Shown: positions 29,236 through 40,052, numbered from the stretch's first letter. The stretch is DNA of 64,000 bases from Psychroflexus sp. (GCA_031581455.1 JAVLBJ010000001.1:2568-66567), one strand, 5' to 3'. A program made the numbers and translations. The notes: generated from the sequence alone by a model not told the origin.

Positions 29236-29583
29236 ATGTTCAGCTTAAATAAATTATTAATAGCAATAGCACTAGTGCTTACCTTCAATGTTTGTGCTAA
29301 CGCTCAAAACAACACTGATCAGGCTTTAGAAAAAGCAAAAGAAGTATCACAGCAATTTGTAGATGATCACAATATAGACGAGGAAAAACAAGTATACATC
29401 ACTCGTGTGGTATACAGCTACAACAAAAATCTTGCTAGACTTAATGCTCAGGAAGACTTATCAGAAGCTCAAATTGACAGTCGACTATCTGAGATGAAAA
29501 GTTCATTAAGTGATCTGATTAAAAATGCATTAAATGATAATCAGCTTACAGAAGAGTTTATTCAAGAATTTGAATTTGAATAA
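29236..29583 (+). CDS. Hypothetical secreted helical protein
   Basis: Clear signal peptide (ANA|Q); 7 bp after ompA; terminator directly downstream. Confidence 0.7.
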   Translation: MFSLNKLLIAIALVLTFNVCANAQNNTDQALEKAKEVSQQFVDDHNIDEEKQVYITRVVYSYNKNLARLNAQEDLSEAQIDSRLSEMKSSLSDLIKNALNDNQLTEEFIQEFEFE

Positions 29584-29602
29584 ATTATTGTTACTACACA
29601 GT

Positions 29603-29635
29603 AAAACCTGCATATTATCTTATGCAGGTTTTTTT
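29603..29635 (+). terminator. Intrinsic terminator
   Basis: AAAACCTGCATA-TTATCT-TATGCAGGTTTT plus further T. Confidence 0.85.
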
Positions 29636-29703
29636 ATTTAAAACATTTTGATATACCGCTAAAAAGTTAGAATCAAAATAGTATTTTTGAATAAAAATTT
29701 TTA

Positions 29704-31203
29704 ATGGGAACTTCTATTAAGCCATCTTCTGCACTTATATCGGTTTTTGATAAATCAAAATTACCTGAACTGGCTAACATATTAAGAAGTCATGCTGTAA
29801 AAATAACCTCAACAGGCGGCACTATGTCTGAACTTACAGCTTTAGGTTATGAGGTTTATCCCGTAGAAAAAGAAACAGGCTACCCTTCTATACTAAACGG
29901 ACGCGTCAAAACACTCCATCCTAAAATATTTGGTGGCATTTTACAAAATCCCGATCATGATAGTGATATTAATGAATTAGATCAATATCAAATACAAGCA
30001 TTTGATTTAGTTTTTGTAGACCTCTATCCTTTTGAAACCAGCTTAAAGCAAAATCTTTCTCTGGAAGAACAAATTGAGTTTATTGATATTGGTGGTATTT
30101 CATTGATAAGAGCTGCCGCTAAAAATTTTAAACACGTAATTTGCATTCCCTCAAAACATCATTTAAAAGCCTTCAGTGAAGAATTGGAGAATAATTGTGC
30201 TATATCTTATAAAATGCGTAAATGGTTAGCAAGTGAGACTTTTAAAATATCTTCTAAGTATGATTTATTAATCGCAGATTACTTAAGTAATTCTCAAGAT
30301 GTAACACCCTTAAGATATGGCGAAAATCCACATCAAAATGCTTTTTTTAAAGGCGATCTCAATTCAATATTTGATCAATATCATGGTAAAGAATTGTCTT
30401 ACAATAATTTGTTAGATGTTGATGCTGCGGTACATTTGATGCTTGAATTTGAAAATGACCTACCTACTTTCGCAATTTTGAAGCACAACAATGCTTGTGG
30501 ACTTGCCCAAAGAGATGATTTAACAACTGCTTACAAAGCAGCATTGGAAGGTGATCCAGTCTCTGCCTTTGGTGGTATCCTTATCGCTAATAAAACTATA
30601 GATGAAACTACTGCAGCTGAAATTAATAAATTATTCTGTGAAGTGGTCATTGCTCCAGACTATGATGAAGCCGCTTTAGCCATACTCAAACAAAAAAAGA
30701 AAAGAATCATACTTAAGTTAAAAGGATTTAACAAACCCGCAGAGCAAATTAGAAACTGTTTAAATGGAGAGTTACGTCAGGAATATGATACAGTTACCGA
30801 TAACAAATCCATGCTAAAACTAGCTACTGATAAAGAAGCTGACACTACTCAAGTTGAAGACCTTTTATTTGCCTCTAAAATAAGTAAGCATACAAAATCA
30901 AACACAATAGTTTTAGCTAAAAATAAACAACTCATAGCCAGCGGGACAGGTCAAACTTCAAGAGTTGACGCCTTAAATCAAGCTATAGAAAAAGCTAATA
31001 AAAACAAATTTGTATTGCAAGATGCTGTGATGGCGAGTGATGCTTTTTTCCCTTTCCCTGATTGTGTAGAAATAGCAGACCAACAAGGCATCAATGCTGT
31101 CATACAACCAGGTGGATCAATAAAAGATCAACTTACAATTGACTATTGTAATCAACACCAAATAAGTATGTATTTAACTGGTAAAAGACATTTTAAACAC
31201 TAA
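29704..31203 (+). CDS. purH: Bifunctional AICAR transformylase/IMP cyclohydrolase
   Basis: ALISVFDK, GRVKTLHPK-FGG, IDIGG-SLIRAAAKN, LRYGENPHQ, KHNNACG, ASDAFFPF, IQPGGS. Confidence 0.97.
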   Translation: MGTSIKPSSALISVFDKSKLPELANILRSHAVKITSTGGTMSELTALGYEVYPVEKETGYPSILNGRVKTLHPKIFGGILQNPDHDSDINELDQYQIQAFDLVFVDLYPFETSLKQNLSLEEQIEFIDIGGISLIRAAAKNFKHVICIPSKHHLKAFSEELENNCAISYKMRKWLASETFKISSKYDLLIADYLSNSQDVTPLRYGENPHQNAFFKGDLNSIFDQYHGKELSYNNLLDVDAAVHLMLEFENDLPTFAILKHNNACGLAQRDDLTTAYKAALEGDPVSAFGGILIANKTIDETTAAEINKLFCEVVIAPDYDEAALAILKQKKKRIILKLKGFNKPAEQIRNCLNGELRQEYDTVTDNKSMLKLATDKEADTTQVEDLLFASKISKHTKSNTIVLAKNKQLIASGTGQTSRVDALNQAIEKANKNKFVLQDAVMASDAFFPFPDCVEIADQQGINAVIQPGGSIKDQLTIDYCNQHQISMYLTGKRHFKH

Positions 31204-31218
31204 AATAAAATTTAATTA

Positions 31219-32247
31219 ATGGGTTTCTTTGATTTTCTAACAGAAGATGTGGCTATTGATTTAGGTACAGCCAATACGCTAATAATTCATAACGATAAAG
31301 TCGTTGTGGATAGTCCCTCAATTGTTGCGCGAGACAGAGGAACAGGAAAGATTATTGCTGCCGGTAAAGAAGCTGCTTTAATGCAAGGTAAAACACACGA
31401 AAATATTAAAACTATTAGGCCATTAAAAGACGGTGTTATTGCTGATTTTGAAGCCAGTGAGGAAATGATTAGTTTGTTTATCAAAGACATCCCTGCTTTA
31501 AAGAAAAAATTATTCACACCATCATTAAGAATGGTTATTTGTATTCCAAGTGGAATTACTGAGGTGGAAAAAAGAGCCGTTAAGGATAGTGCCGAACGTG
31601 TTAATGGTAAAGAAGTCTATTTGATTCACGAACCTATGGCAGCCGCTATAGGTATTGGTGTTGATATTACCCAGCCTAAAGGGAATATGATTATTGATAT
31701 TGGTGGAGGAACTACAGAAATTGCAGTTATCGCATTAGGAGGTATTGTCTGTGATAAATCTGTTAAAGTAGCCGGTGATGTATTTACAAATGATATCGTT
31801 TATTTTATGAGAACTCAGCACAACTTGTTTATAGGTGAAAGAACAGCAGAAAAGATTAAAATCCAAATGGGTTCGGCAACAGAAGATCTTGAGATTGCTC
31901 AAGATGATATGAGTGTTCAAGGTAGAGATCTATTAACTGGTAAACCTAAGCAAGTAGATATTTCTTATAGAGAAATAGCAAAAGCATTAGATAAATCTAT
32001 TCTTAGAATAGAAGATGCGGTTATGGAAACCCTATCTAAAACACCGCCAGAACTGGCGGCAGATATCTATAATACAGGTATTTATCTGGCCGGTGGTGGT
32101 TCTATGTTAAGAGGACTCGATAAAAGATTGTCTAAAAAAACAGATTTACCGGTATTTATAGCTGAAGACCCATTAAGAGCCATAGTTAGAGGGACTGGAA
32201 TTGCCCTAAAAAACCTTGATAAGTACAAAGCAATACTGATTCAGTAA
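31219..32247 (+). CDS. mreB: Rod shape-determining actin-like ATPase
   Basis: AIDLGTANT, IRPLKDGVIADF, EPMAAAIG, DIGGGTTE, LAGGGS. Confidence 0.98.
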   Translation: MGFFDFLTEDVAIDLGTANTLIIHNDKVVVDSPSIVARDRGTGKIIAAGKEAALMQGKTHENIKTIRPLKDGVIADFEASEEMISLFIKDIPALKKKLFTPSLRMVICIPSGITEVEKRAVKDSAERVNGKEVYLIHEPMAAAIGIGVDITQPKGNMIIDIGGGTTEIAVIALGGIVCDKSVKVAGDVFTNDIVYFMRTQHNLFIGERTAEKIKIQMGSATEDLEIAQDDMSVQGRDLLTGKPKQVDISYREIAKALDKSILRIEDAVMETLSKTPPELAADIYNTGIYLAGGGSMLRGLDKRLSKKTDLPVFIAEDPLRAIVRGTGIALKNLDKYKAILIQ

Positions 32248-32256
32248 TATTGATGT

Positions 32257-33084
32257 ATGCAACAAATCATCAATTTTTTATTTAGAAATAAAAATGGTAT
32301 AACCTTTTTATTATTGTTCTTGTTGTCTATCTTTCTCATCATTAATGCCCATACTTATCAAAAAAGTAAAGTAATCAACTTTGCTAATGCCCTAACAGGA
32401 AGTGTTTTTAGCGTGAAGACATCTATCCAAGATTATTTTCAATTAAAAAAAGAAAATGAAATTTTATGGGATGAAAATAAACGGATAAGGAATAGATTAA
32501 TGAGTATAAAGCCTTGTGACTCATTAACGGAAACACCTACCTTTTCCTCTGATATCAAAAGTTTTGCCGTAAGTAAAAGTATAATTATAAGTAATAATTT
32601 CAGAAAAAACTTTAATTACCTACTGATTAATAAAGGCAGGAACGACAGTATCAAAGAAGACATGAGTGTTATTAGCTCTAAGGGAATAGTTGGAATAGTT
32701 GAAGGAACCTCAAATAATTTTGCGAGAGTAATCTCAGTATTGAACAAAGATTTATCTATAAATGCTGTAATTAAAAACACAAATCATTTTGGTTCACTAA
32801 AATGGAATGGCAAATCACCTTACTATATTAATTTACTAGATATACCAAGGTCTGCGAGTCCTCAAGTTGGGGATACGATAATAACCGGCGGTAACTCTCT
32901 AATTTTTCCAAAAGGAATTTTAATAGGACAAATCAAGAGTTTTGAGTTAAATAGCAACACAGGGTATTACAACATTAAGGTAGCATTAGCTAATGATTTT
33001 ACAGCGCTCTCTAAGGTGTATGTTTTGGATAACACACATTTAAAAGAAGCCAAAAATCTTTTAGAGGAAAACGCAAATGATTAG
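32257..33084 (+). CDS. mreC: Rod shape-determining protein MreC
   Basis: N-terminal TM, coiled coil, INKG, GIVGIV, GDTIITGG-S-IFPKGI-IG. Confidence 0.93.
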   Translation: MQQIINFLFRNKNGITFLLLFLLSIFLIINAHTYQKSKVINFANALTGSVFSVKTSIQDYFQLKKENEILWDENKRIRNRLMSIKPCDSLTETPTFSSDIKSFAVSKSIIISNNFRKNFNYLLINKGRNDSIKEDMSVISSKGIVGIVEGTSNNFARVISVLNKDLSINAVIKNTNHFGSLKWNGKSPYYINLLDIPRSASPQVGDTIITGGNSLIFPKGILIGQIKSFELNSNTGYYNIKVALANDFTALSKVYVLDNTHLKEAKNLLEENAND

Positions 33085-33574
33085 TAAAAGAATAAATTTT
33101 TTAAGTATTGCATTCTGGATTAGTATACAGATAGTTATACTTAATAATATTTTTTTAGCTGATATAGCTACACCATATCTATATATCATCACCATAATAC
33201 TATCACCGCTTACTATTAACAGACAGCTGTTTATGGTTATTGCCTTTTTGATAGGCCTGGTGATTGATATTTTTGAAGCCACAGGAGGCGTGTTTGCTGC
33301 ATCCACTTTGTTAATAGCCTATCTTAGACCTGTTTTTTTAAATATAAGTTTTGGGCTTGCCTATGAACAAATGACTATAAAATTTCAAAAAGAATCATTT
33401 TTTCAAAAGTTGTCTTATGTAAGCTTAATGACGACCACGCATCACCTTGCGCTGTTCTCTTTAGAAGCATTTAGTCTTAATAATGTTTTAATGATCATTG
33501 AAAAAACATTATTTTCCAGTATATTAAGCATATTTATAATGATATTAGTTATTAAACTTTTAGAAAAAAAGTAG
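33077..33574 (+). CDS. mreD: Rod shape-determining protein MreD
   Basis: All-hydrophobic; AF-IGL-ID-F; position between mreC and mrdA. Confidence 0.85.
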   Translation: MISKRINFLSIAFWISIQIVILNNIFLADIATPYLYIITIILSPLTINRQLFMVIAFLIGLVIDIFEATGGVFAASTLLIAYLRPVFLNISFGLAYEQMTIKFQKESFFQKLSYVSLMTTTHHLALFSLEAFSLNNVLMIIEKTLFSSILSIFIMILVIKLLEKK

Positions 33575-33577
33575 TTT

Positions 33578-35446
33578 ATGAGAAAATTCCTGCCCATTGT
33601 ACTGGTTAGCTTATCTATAATTATATTTGTGGTTAAGTTATTTTACCTCCAGATAGTTGATGATAGTTATAAAAAAGATGCCATAGAACTATCGGTAAAA
33701 AAGAATTACACCTATCCACAACGTGGCTACATAAGAGATAGAAATGGGAAGTTACTGGTGGAAAATCAACCGGCTTATGACGTCATGATTATTCCCTATC
33801 AAACTGATAAATTCGATACTACAGCATTAGCCAGCTTACTGAATATCCCAAAAAATAGCTTTAAAAATAAAATCAATCAGGCCATCAATTATTCATGGCG
33901 TTTACCTTCAACTGTATTACCGCAACTCACTAAAAAAGAGTATGCAGCCATACAGGAAAGAATGTATAAATATGAAGGATTTTATATTCAAAAGCGCTCT
34001 CTTAGAAATTATAATACTGATTATGCCGCAAATGTTCTAGGCTATATTGCTGAAGTTAATAGAAGAGATTTAAAAAATAACCCTTATTATCAATCTGGAG
34101 ACCTCATAGGAAGACAAGGCGTAGAACAACAATATGAAGAGCTCTTGCGCGGTGTAAGAGGTGTAGAATACATAAAAAGAGATAGATTTAATAGAAGCTT
34201 AGGGCCTTACAAAAAAGGAGCTTACGATACTTTAGCACAAAAAGGTAAAGATATTAGTTTGACAATAGATATAGACTTGCAATCTTATGGCCAAAAATTG
34301 ATGAAGAATAAAAGAGGAGGTATAGTGGCCTTAGAACCGGAAACAGGCGAAATCTTGGCACTTGTTAGCTCGCCTAATTATGACCCATCATTACTTGTAG
34401 GCAGAAAACGATCAAGAAACTTTACAAAACTATGGTATGATACTATTGCAAAACCTTTGTATGACAGAGGTTTACAGGCTGTTTACCCGCCAGGTTCTAC
34501 GTTTAAACCCTTAACTGGGCTTATTGCTCTGCAAGAAGATGAGGTAGGTTTAAATGAAAAGTTTTCCTGTTATGGCGGTTATACTTACGCAAGAGGCGCT
34601 AGAATGGGCTGTCATAATCATAAAAGTCCGCTAAGTATGGAAGATGCCGTAGCTTATTCTTGTAATTCCTATTTTGCTCAAATTTATTCAAGAAGCATTA
34701 ATAAATATGAAACACCACAAAAGGGGATGAATAACTGGCACGATCATCTAACTAGCTTTGGTCTCGGCAACTATTTAGGATATGACCTACCCGTAGGAAG
34801 AAAAGGTTTAATACCAGATGCTGATTATTACAACAGAGCTTACGATTATCCTACCTACAAATGGTATGCAAGTGCTACCATATCTAATGCTATAGGCCAG
34901 GGAGAAGTACTAACAACGCCTATTCAACTCGCTAACGTCATGGCTGCTATTGCTAATAGAGGCTGGTATAAAAAGCCGCATATCTTGAAAAAAATCAATG
35001 ATCAGCCTATTCAAAAAGATAAGTATGTTAAGAAACGAAAAACAACAATAGATAAAAAACATTTTGAACCTATCATAGATGGCTTAAATAAAGTTTTTAA
35101 ATATGGAACAGCCAGATTTTTACAAGTACCGGATGTTGAAATGTGTGGTAAAACTGGAACAGCAGAAAACAAAACGGTTATAGATGGAAAAACTGTTCAA
35201 CTAACGGATCATTCTATTTTTGTAGCCTTTGCGCCTAAAGATAATCCAAAAATTGCATTGGCCGTTTTTGTTGAAAATGGTCATTGGGGGGCTACATATG
35301 CCGGTAGAATTGCCAGCCTGATGACAGAAAAATACCTTAAAGGTAATATAACAAGAAAAGACCTGGAAAGCTGGATATTAAACCATAGTTTACAAGATGA
35401 ATATGCCAAGCCTTTAAGCGGAGAACCTTTTGAAATAAATCAATAA
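33578..35446 (+). CDS. mrdA: Penicillin-binding protein 2
   Basis: RGYIRDRNG, PPGSTFK (SxxK), SCN (SxN), GKTGT, AIGQGE. Confidence 0.96.
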   Translation: MRKFLPIVLVSLSIIIFVVKLFYLQIVDDSYKKDAIELSVKKNYTYPQRGYIRDRNGKLLVENQPAYDVMIIPYQTDKFDTTALASLLNIPKNSFKNKINQAINYSWRLPSTVLPQLTKKEYAAIQERMYKYEGFYIQKRSLRNYNTDYAANVLGYIAEVNRRDLKNNPYYQSGDLIGRQGVEQQYEELLRGVRGVEYIKRDRFNRSLGPYKKGAYDTLAQKGKDISLTIDIDLQSYGQKLMKNKRGGIVALEPETGEILALVSSPNYDPSLLVGRKRSRNFTKLWYDTIAKPLYDRGLQAVYPPGSTFKPLTGLIALQEDEVGLNEKFSCYGGYTYARGARMGCHNHKSPLSMEDAVAYSCNSYFAQIYSRSINKYETPQKGMNNWHDHLTSFGLGNYLGYDLPVGRKGLIPDADYYNRAYDYPTYKWYASATISNAIGQGEVLTTPIQLANVMAAIANRGWYKKPHILKKINDQPIQKDKYVKKRKTTIDKKHFEPIIDGLNKVFKYGTARFLQVPDVEMCGKTGTAENKTVIDGKTVQLTDHSIFVAFAPKDNPKIALAVFVENGHWGATYAGRIASLMTEKYLKGNITRKDLESWILNHSLQDEYAKPLSGEPFEINQ

Positions 35447-35452
35447 TTATTT

Positions 35453-36700
35453 ATGCCTAAAATTATTGCTCAATTAGATTGGCTAACTGTGTTATTATAT
35501 ACAATTATAATCGGGGTAGGCTGGGCAATGATTTATTCTGCGACACTTGAAACTACTAATCCGGAGATATTAAATTTTTCAAAACCCTATGGTAAGCAGA
35601 TTATTTGGATCACTTTAAGTGTTGCTTTAATCATTCTTATACTTTCAGTAGAGAGTAAATTTTTAATTAGATTTTCAAGCATCATTTATGTATTATCCAT
35701 ATTACTCTTAGCAGGATTATTTGTTTTTGGAAAGTCTATTGCCGGTCAGATAGCCTGGTATTCCTTTGGTAGTTTTAATTTTCAGCCTGCAGAGTTTACT
35801 AAAATTGCTGTAAGCTTAGCGCTAGCTAAATACTTAAGCGAATTTAATGTAAGCCTAAAAAAACCATTGATTCAAATTAAAACTTTTATAATATTAGGAG
35901 TTCCTATGCTACTGATATTAATGCAGCCTGATGCCGGCACAGCACTAACCTTTTCGACTTTTTTAATCCCTATGTATAGAAAAGGACTGCCACATGCTTA
36001 TCTTATAATTGGCGTCAGTGTTATTTTACTCTTTTTGCTCACTTTAAAATTTTCTGCCAGTGCTGTTGCCGTATCTATTGTTTTTTTATCTATATTAATG
36101 ATTATATTGCTTAGGAAAAAGAAGATCAATTACTTTAAATATTTCTTAACTGTTGGTTTAGGAATTGGCTTTGTATTTTCCGTAAATTTTGTTTTTAATA
36201 ATATTTTATTACCTCATCAACAAGACCGGTTTGAAATACTCTTAGGCAATAAGACTGATATCAAAGGGACAGGTTTTAATACCTACCAAAGTAAAGTAGC
36301 TATTGGCAGCGGCGGTCTAACAGGTAAAGGATGGCTAAAAGGCACACAAACTCATGGTAAGTTTGTGCCGGCGCAGCATACAGATTACATTTTTTCAACA
36401 TTAGCAGAAGAATGGGGTTTTTTAGGCAGTACTGCAGTTATCTTGATTTATTTGTTCTTTATCCTGCGTTTATTTTTTATGGCTGAACGTCAAAAACAAA
36501 CCTATAGCTTGATTTATGGTTACTGCGTGGCTAGTATTTTGTTTATTCATTTTTTTGTAAACATAGGTATGGTATTAGGCCTTTTACCTACCATTGGTAT
36601 TCCACTTCCACTTTTTAGCTATGGCGGGTCATCGCTCTGGGCTTTTACCATTCTGGTTTTTATTTTTCTAAAAATGGATGCTAAAAGAAAACAATTGTAA
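35453..36700 (+). CDS. rodA: SEDS family peptidoglycan polymerase RodA
   Basis: FQPAEF-K, QPDAG, AIGSGG-GKG, HTDYIF-EEWG, GIPLP-FSYGGSS. Confidence 0.96.
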   Translation: MPKIIAQLDWLTVLLYTIIIGVGWAMIYSATLETTNPEILNFSKPYGKQIIWITLSVALIILILSVESKFLIRFSSIIYVLSILLLAGLFVFGKSIAGQIAWYSFGSFNFQPAEFTKIAVSLALAKYLSEFNVSLKKPLIQIKTFIILGVPMLLILMQPDAGTALTFSTFLIPMYRKGLPHAYLIIGVSVILLFLLTLKFSASAVAVSIVFLSILMIILLRKKKINYFKYFLTVGLGIGFVFSVNFVFNNILLPHQQDRFEILLGNKTDIKGTGFNTYQSKVAIGSGGLTGKGWLKGTQTHGKFVPAQHTDYIFSTLAEEWGFLGSTAVILIYLFFILRLFFMAERQKQTYSLIYGYCVASILFIHFFVNIGMVLGLLPTIGIPLPLFSYGGSSLWAFTILVFIFLKMDAKRKQL

Positions 36701-36738
36701 GGTTTTATTCCTAAGTATTACTAAGCATTAAAAATCAA

Positions 36739-37491
36739 ATGATAAAACATATTCTAATCGCGGGATTGATATCCATAATTTTACTCAATCCATTTAATAC
36801 CAAAGAAATTGAAACCTATGACTTACAGTCTGATGCGCCATCACACAAACAATGGACTAAACTATTACAAAACCATGTTACAGATAATGGTCTAGTAGAT
36901 TATAAAGGATTTAAAGCCGATAAAAAGCAACTGCTGAGTTATACTGATCACATATCAAAACATCCGCCGGCTAATAACTGGAGTGAAAACGAAAAAAAAG
37001 CCTACCTGATCAACACCTATAATGCCTTTACCGTTTTGCTAATAGTTGATAATTATCCTGTAGAAAGTATAAAAGACATCGGAGGGTTTTTAGGTAGTCC
37101 ATTCAGCAAAAAGTTTATCAGATTAGGAGCTGATACCTATTCATTAAACGATGTTGAAAAAGGCATGCTTCTAAAAATGAGAGATGCCAGAGCTCATTTT
37201 GCCATAAATTGTGCCTCCTATTCCTGTCCCAAGCTTTACAATAAGGCTTTTGTAGCATCAAAATTAGAGCAGCAACTCGATGAGGCTACGCATGATTTTC
37301 TTCAGTCTGATAAAAATAAAATCAATTCTAATAAGCTTCAGCTTTCTAAAATATTTAAGTGGTATGCTTCAGATTTTGATGATTACAGCGGTAGTGTAAC
37401 CAGGTTTATTGATCAATATACAAATATCTCAATATCAACGAATGCGGATATTGATTATTTAGAATATAACTGGAATTTAAATGAACAATAA
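36739..37491 (+). CDS. DUF547 domain secreted protein
   Basis: G-VDY-GF, AYLINTYNA-T, SIKDIGG, HFAINCASYSCP, KLQLSKIFKWY-DF, Y-EYNW-LN. Confidence 0.88.
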   Translation: MIKHILIAGLISIILLNPFNTKEIETYDLQSDAPSHKQWTKLLQNHVTDNGLVDYKGFKADKKQLLSYTDHISKHPPANNWSENEKKAYLINTYNAFTVLLIVDNYPVESIKDIGGFLGSPFSKKFIRLGADTYSLNDVEKGMLLKMRDARAHFAINCASYSCPKLYNKAFVASKLEQQLDEATHDFLQSDKNKINSNKLQLSKIFKWYASDFDDYSGSVTRFIDQYTNISISTNADIDYLEYNWNLNEQ

Positions 37492-37494
37492 ACT

Positions 37495-38196
37495 TTGGAT
37501 TTATTTAAGATAAGCATTATAATTCCTACCCTCAATGAAGCATCTATCATTGAAAAATGCTTATCTCATTTAATGACGCATCAATCTCCAGCTAAATACG
37601 TAAAAGAAATCATTGTTGTCGATGGTGGTAGTGATGATCAAACTGTAAATATTACCGGTCAATTTGAAGAAGTTAAATTAATCAAATCTAAAAGAGGTAG
37701 GCCTTACCAACTTAACGCCGGTGCTGAACATGCTACGGGTAAAATATTTTATTTTTTACATGCTGATTCTTTTCCTCCAAAAAACTTTGATCAACTTATA
37801 GTTGATGAGGTAAAAGACGGCAATCATGCCGGCTGCTTTAGAATGAAGTTTGATAACACAAAACCATGGTTTAGATTTATAAGCTGGTTAACCCTATTTA
37901 ATCACAAAGCTTGTCGGGGCGGTGATCAAAGCCAATTTATCACCAGAAATCTTTTTCAAGACATAGGCGGATACAATACTGACTACCTTATTTATGAAGA
38001 TAATATCTTAATAGCAGAGTTGTATAAAAGGCAGCAGTTTAAGGTTATTCCTTACTGGTTAATTTCTTCATCTCGAAGATTTAAAAAGATTGGCACCTTA
38101 AAATTGCAACTTTTATTCTTGACGATTTACTTAAAAAAATTAATAGGCACGCCGCCGGATAAGCTTTATGATTTTTACAAAAAACATATTGCCTAA
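37495..38196 (+). CDS. GT2 glycosyltransferase, TIGR04283-like
   Basis: TTG start; ISIIIPTLNEA, VVDGGSDD-T, GR--QLNAGA, FLHADS, GGDQ-QF, EDN, SSRRF. Confidence 0.85.
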   Translation: MDLFKISIIIPTLNEASIIEKCLSHLMTHQSPAKYVKEIIVVDGGSDDQTVNITGQFEEVKLIKSKRGRPYQLNAGAEHATGKIFYFLHADSFPPKNFDQLIVDEVKDGNHAGCFRMKFDNTKPWFRFISWLTLFNHKACRGGDQSQFITRNLFQDIGGYNTDYLIYEDNILIAELYKRQQFKVIPYWLISSSRRFKKIGTLKLQLLFLTIYLKKLIGTPPDKLYDFYKKHIA

Positions 38197-38198
38197 GG

Positions 38199-39893
38199 CT
38201 AAGATTTTAAATTTACAAATACACCAGCTTCTGTTTTCTCAACGTCAATCTGTTCTTTTTTGCGCAAACTTTTAATAGACTTATCCCACTTTTTATTGCT
38301 TAAGGATACAGCTTTTTTCAAATCGTCAATTTTTTGAGGTGATGATGATTTTAAAGCTTCTATAATCTCCTTTTCTTCATCTGTTAAGCTGATTTTTTTC
38401 TGTTCCGGCTTCATCTGAGGAAATAAAAGCACTTCTTGTATAGAGGGATTATCTGTTAAAAACATAATTAATCTATCTATGCCTATACCTAATCCTGAAG
38501 TAGGCGGCATGCCATATTCCAATGCCCGAAGAAAATCTTCATCTATAAATTCTGAAGCTTCTTCGTCACCTTTAGCCGCTAATTTTAATTGATCCTCAAA
38601 ACGTGCTCTTTGATCTATAGGATCGTTAAGCTCAGAATAAGCATTGGCGATTTCTTTACCACAGGTAATCAACTCAAAACGTTCTGTTAATTCAGAGTTT
38701 TCTCTATGTTTTTTACAAAGCGGACTCATTTCAATAGGGTAATCAGTAATAAATGTAGGCTGTACAAAGTAGGCCTCACATTTTTCACCAAATATCTCGT
38801 CTATGATTTTTCCTTTTCCCATATCATCTGTAACCTCGATATCTAAAGATTTAGCTGCTTCTCTTAATGCTGCTTCATCTTTATCTAAAATATCAATACC
38901 TGTATATTTTTTAATGGCCTCTGCCATAGTTACCCTTGGGTAGGGTGCTTTAAAATCTATAGTTTGTTCATTAAATGTGGCTTCTGTAGTTCCATTTACC
39001 GCTAAGGCACATTTTTCAAGTAGCTTTTCAGTAAAGTCCATCATCCAGTTATAATCCTTATAAGCCACATAAATTTCCATGGCGGTAAATTCTGGATTAT
39101 GGGTTCTGTCCATGCCTTCATTTCTAAAGTTTTTAGAAAATTCATAAACACCATCAAAACCGCCTACAATTAAACGCTTTAAGTACAATTCATTAGCTAT
39201 ACGAAGGTAAAGCGGTATGTTTAATGCATTATGATGCGTAACAAAAGGTTTTGCCGCAGCACCGCCGGGAATACTTTGTAAAATAGGCGTTTCTACTTCT
39301 AAGTAGCCGTGGTTGTTAAAAAAATCTCGCATAGCCGTAAATAGCTTATTACGCTTTTCAAAAACGCTTTTTACCTGAGGATTAACAGCTAAATCTGCAT
39401 ATCGTTGTCTATATCTGGTTTCAGGGTCTACAAACTCATCGTAGGTATTGCCTTCGCTATCTTTTTTAGGTAATGGTAGTGGCCTTAGTGCTTTACTCAA
39501 CACTTTCAAGCCGGTAACATTTACGGTTTTCTCGCCTACTTTTGTTTTGAATAGGTCACCTTCTATACCTACAAAATCACCAATATCTAATAATTTTTTA
39601 TAAACGGTATTATAAAGCGTTTTATCTTCGCCCGGACATATTTCATCTCGATTAAAATATAACTGAATTCTGCCTTCAGCATCCTGAAGTTCAGCAAATG
39701 ATGCTTTTCCCTGAATACGTTTAGACATCAATCTGCCGGCTATTTTTACTTTTTCACCTGATGTAAACTCATCTTTTATACTTTTAGAATGGTCATTAAC
39801 ATGATAAGTATCAGCTGGATAGGCATCTATCCCAAGGGCTTTAAGCTGTTCTAATTTTTCTCTTCTAACTTTCTGCTGTTCAGTTAATTGCAT
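38199..39893 (-). CDS. lysS: Lysine--tRNA ligase (class II)
   Basis: YRQRYADL, GGAAAKPF-THHN, LRIANELYLKRL, FRNEG, HNPEFT, ERFEL, GMPPTSG-GIGIDR. Confidence 0.98.
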   Translation of the reverse strand: MQLTEQQKVRREKLEQLKALGIDAYPADTYHVNDHSKSIKDEFTSGEKVKIAGRLMSKRIQGKASFAELQDAEGRIQLYFNRDEICPGEDKTLYNTVYKKLLDIGDFVGIEGDLFKTKVGEKTVNVTGLKVLSKALRPLPLPKKDSEGNTYDEFVDPETRYRQRYADLAVNPQVKSVFEKRNKLFTAMRDFFNNHGYLEVETPILQSIPGGAAAKPFVTHHNALNIPLYLRIANELYLKRLIVGGFDGVYEFSKNFRNEGMDRTHNPEFTAMEIYVAYKDYNWMMDFTEKLLEKCALAVNGTTEATFNEQTIDFKAPYPRVTMAEAIKKYTGIDILDKDEAALREAAKSLDIEVTDDMGKGKIIDEIFGEKCEAYFVQPTFITDYPIEMSPLCKKHRENSELTERFELITCGKEIANAYSELNDPIDQRARFEDQLKLAAKGDEEASEFIDEDFLRALEYGMPPTSGLGIGIDRLIMFLTDNPSIQEVLLFPQMKPEQKKISLTDEEKEIIEALKSSSPQKIDDLKKAVSLSNKKWDKSIKSLRKKEQIDVEKTEAGVFVNLKS

Positions 39894-39912
39894 GATTTTT
39901 AAATTAAAACGG

Positions 39913-40052
39913 CAAAGATACTAACTTCCAGTGGGATAGATTAAATATTGCTAAAAATTCAACACTAGCTTCATCTTTTTTAATCATTATTCGATTAACA
40001 AATCCTAAGATTTTTACTTTTGAAGCAAGACCTGCTTATTTACCTATATTTG
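39913..40052. promoter_or_regulatory. Divergent promoter region lysS/lepA
   Basis: Minus-strand TATCTTTG at 39913-39920 (lysS); plus-strand TACTTTTG at 40015-40022 and TATATTTG at 40045-40052 (lepA). Confidence 0.6.
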
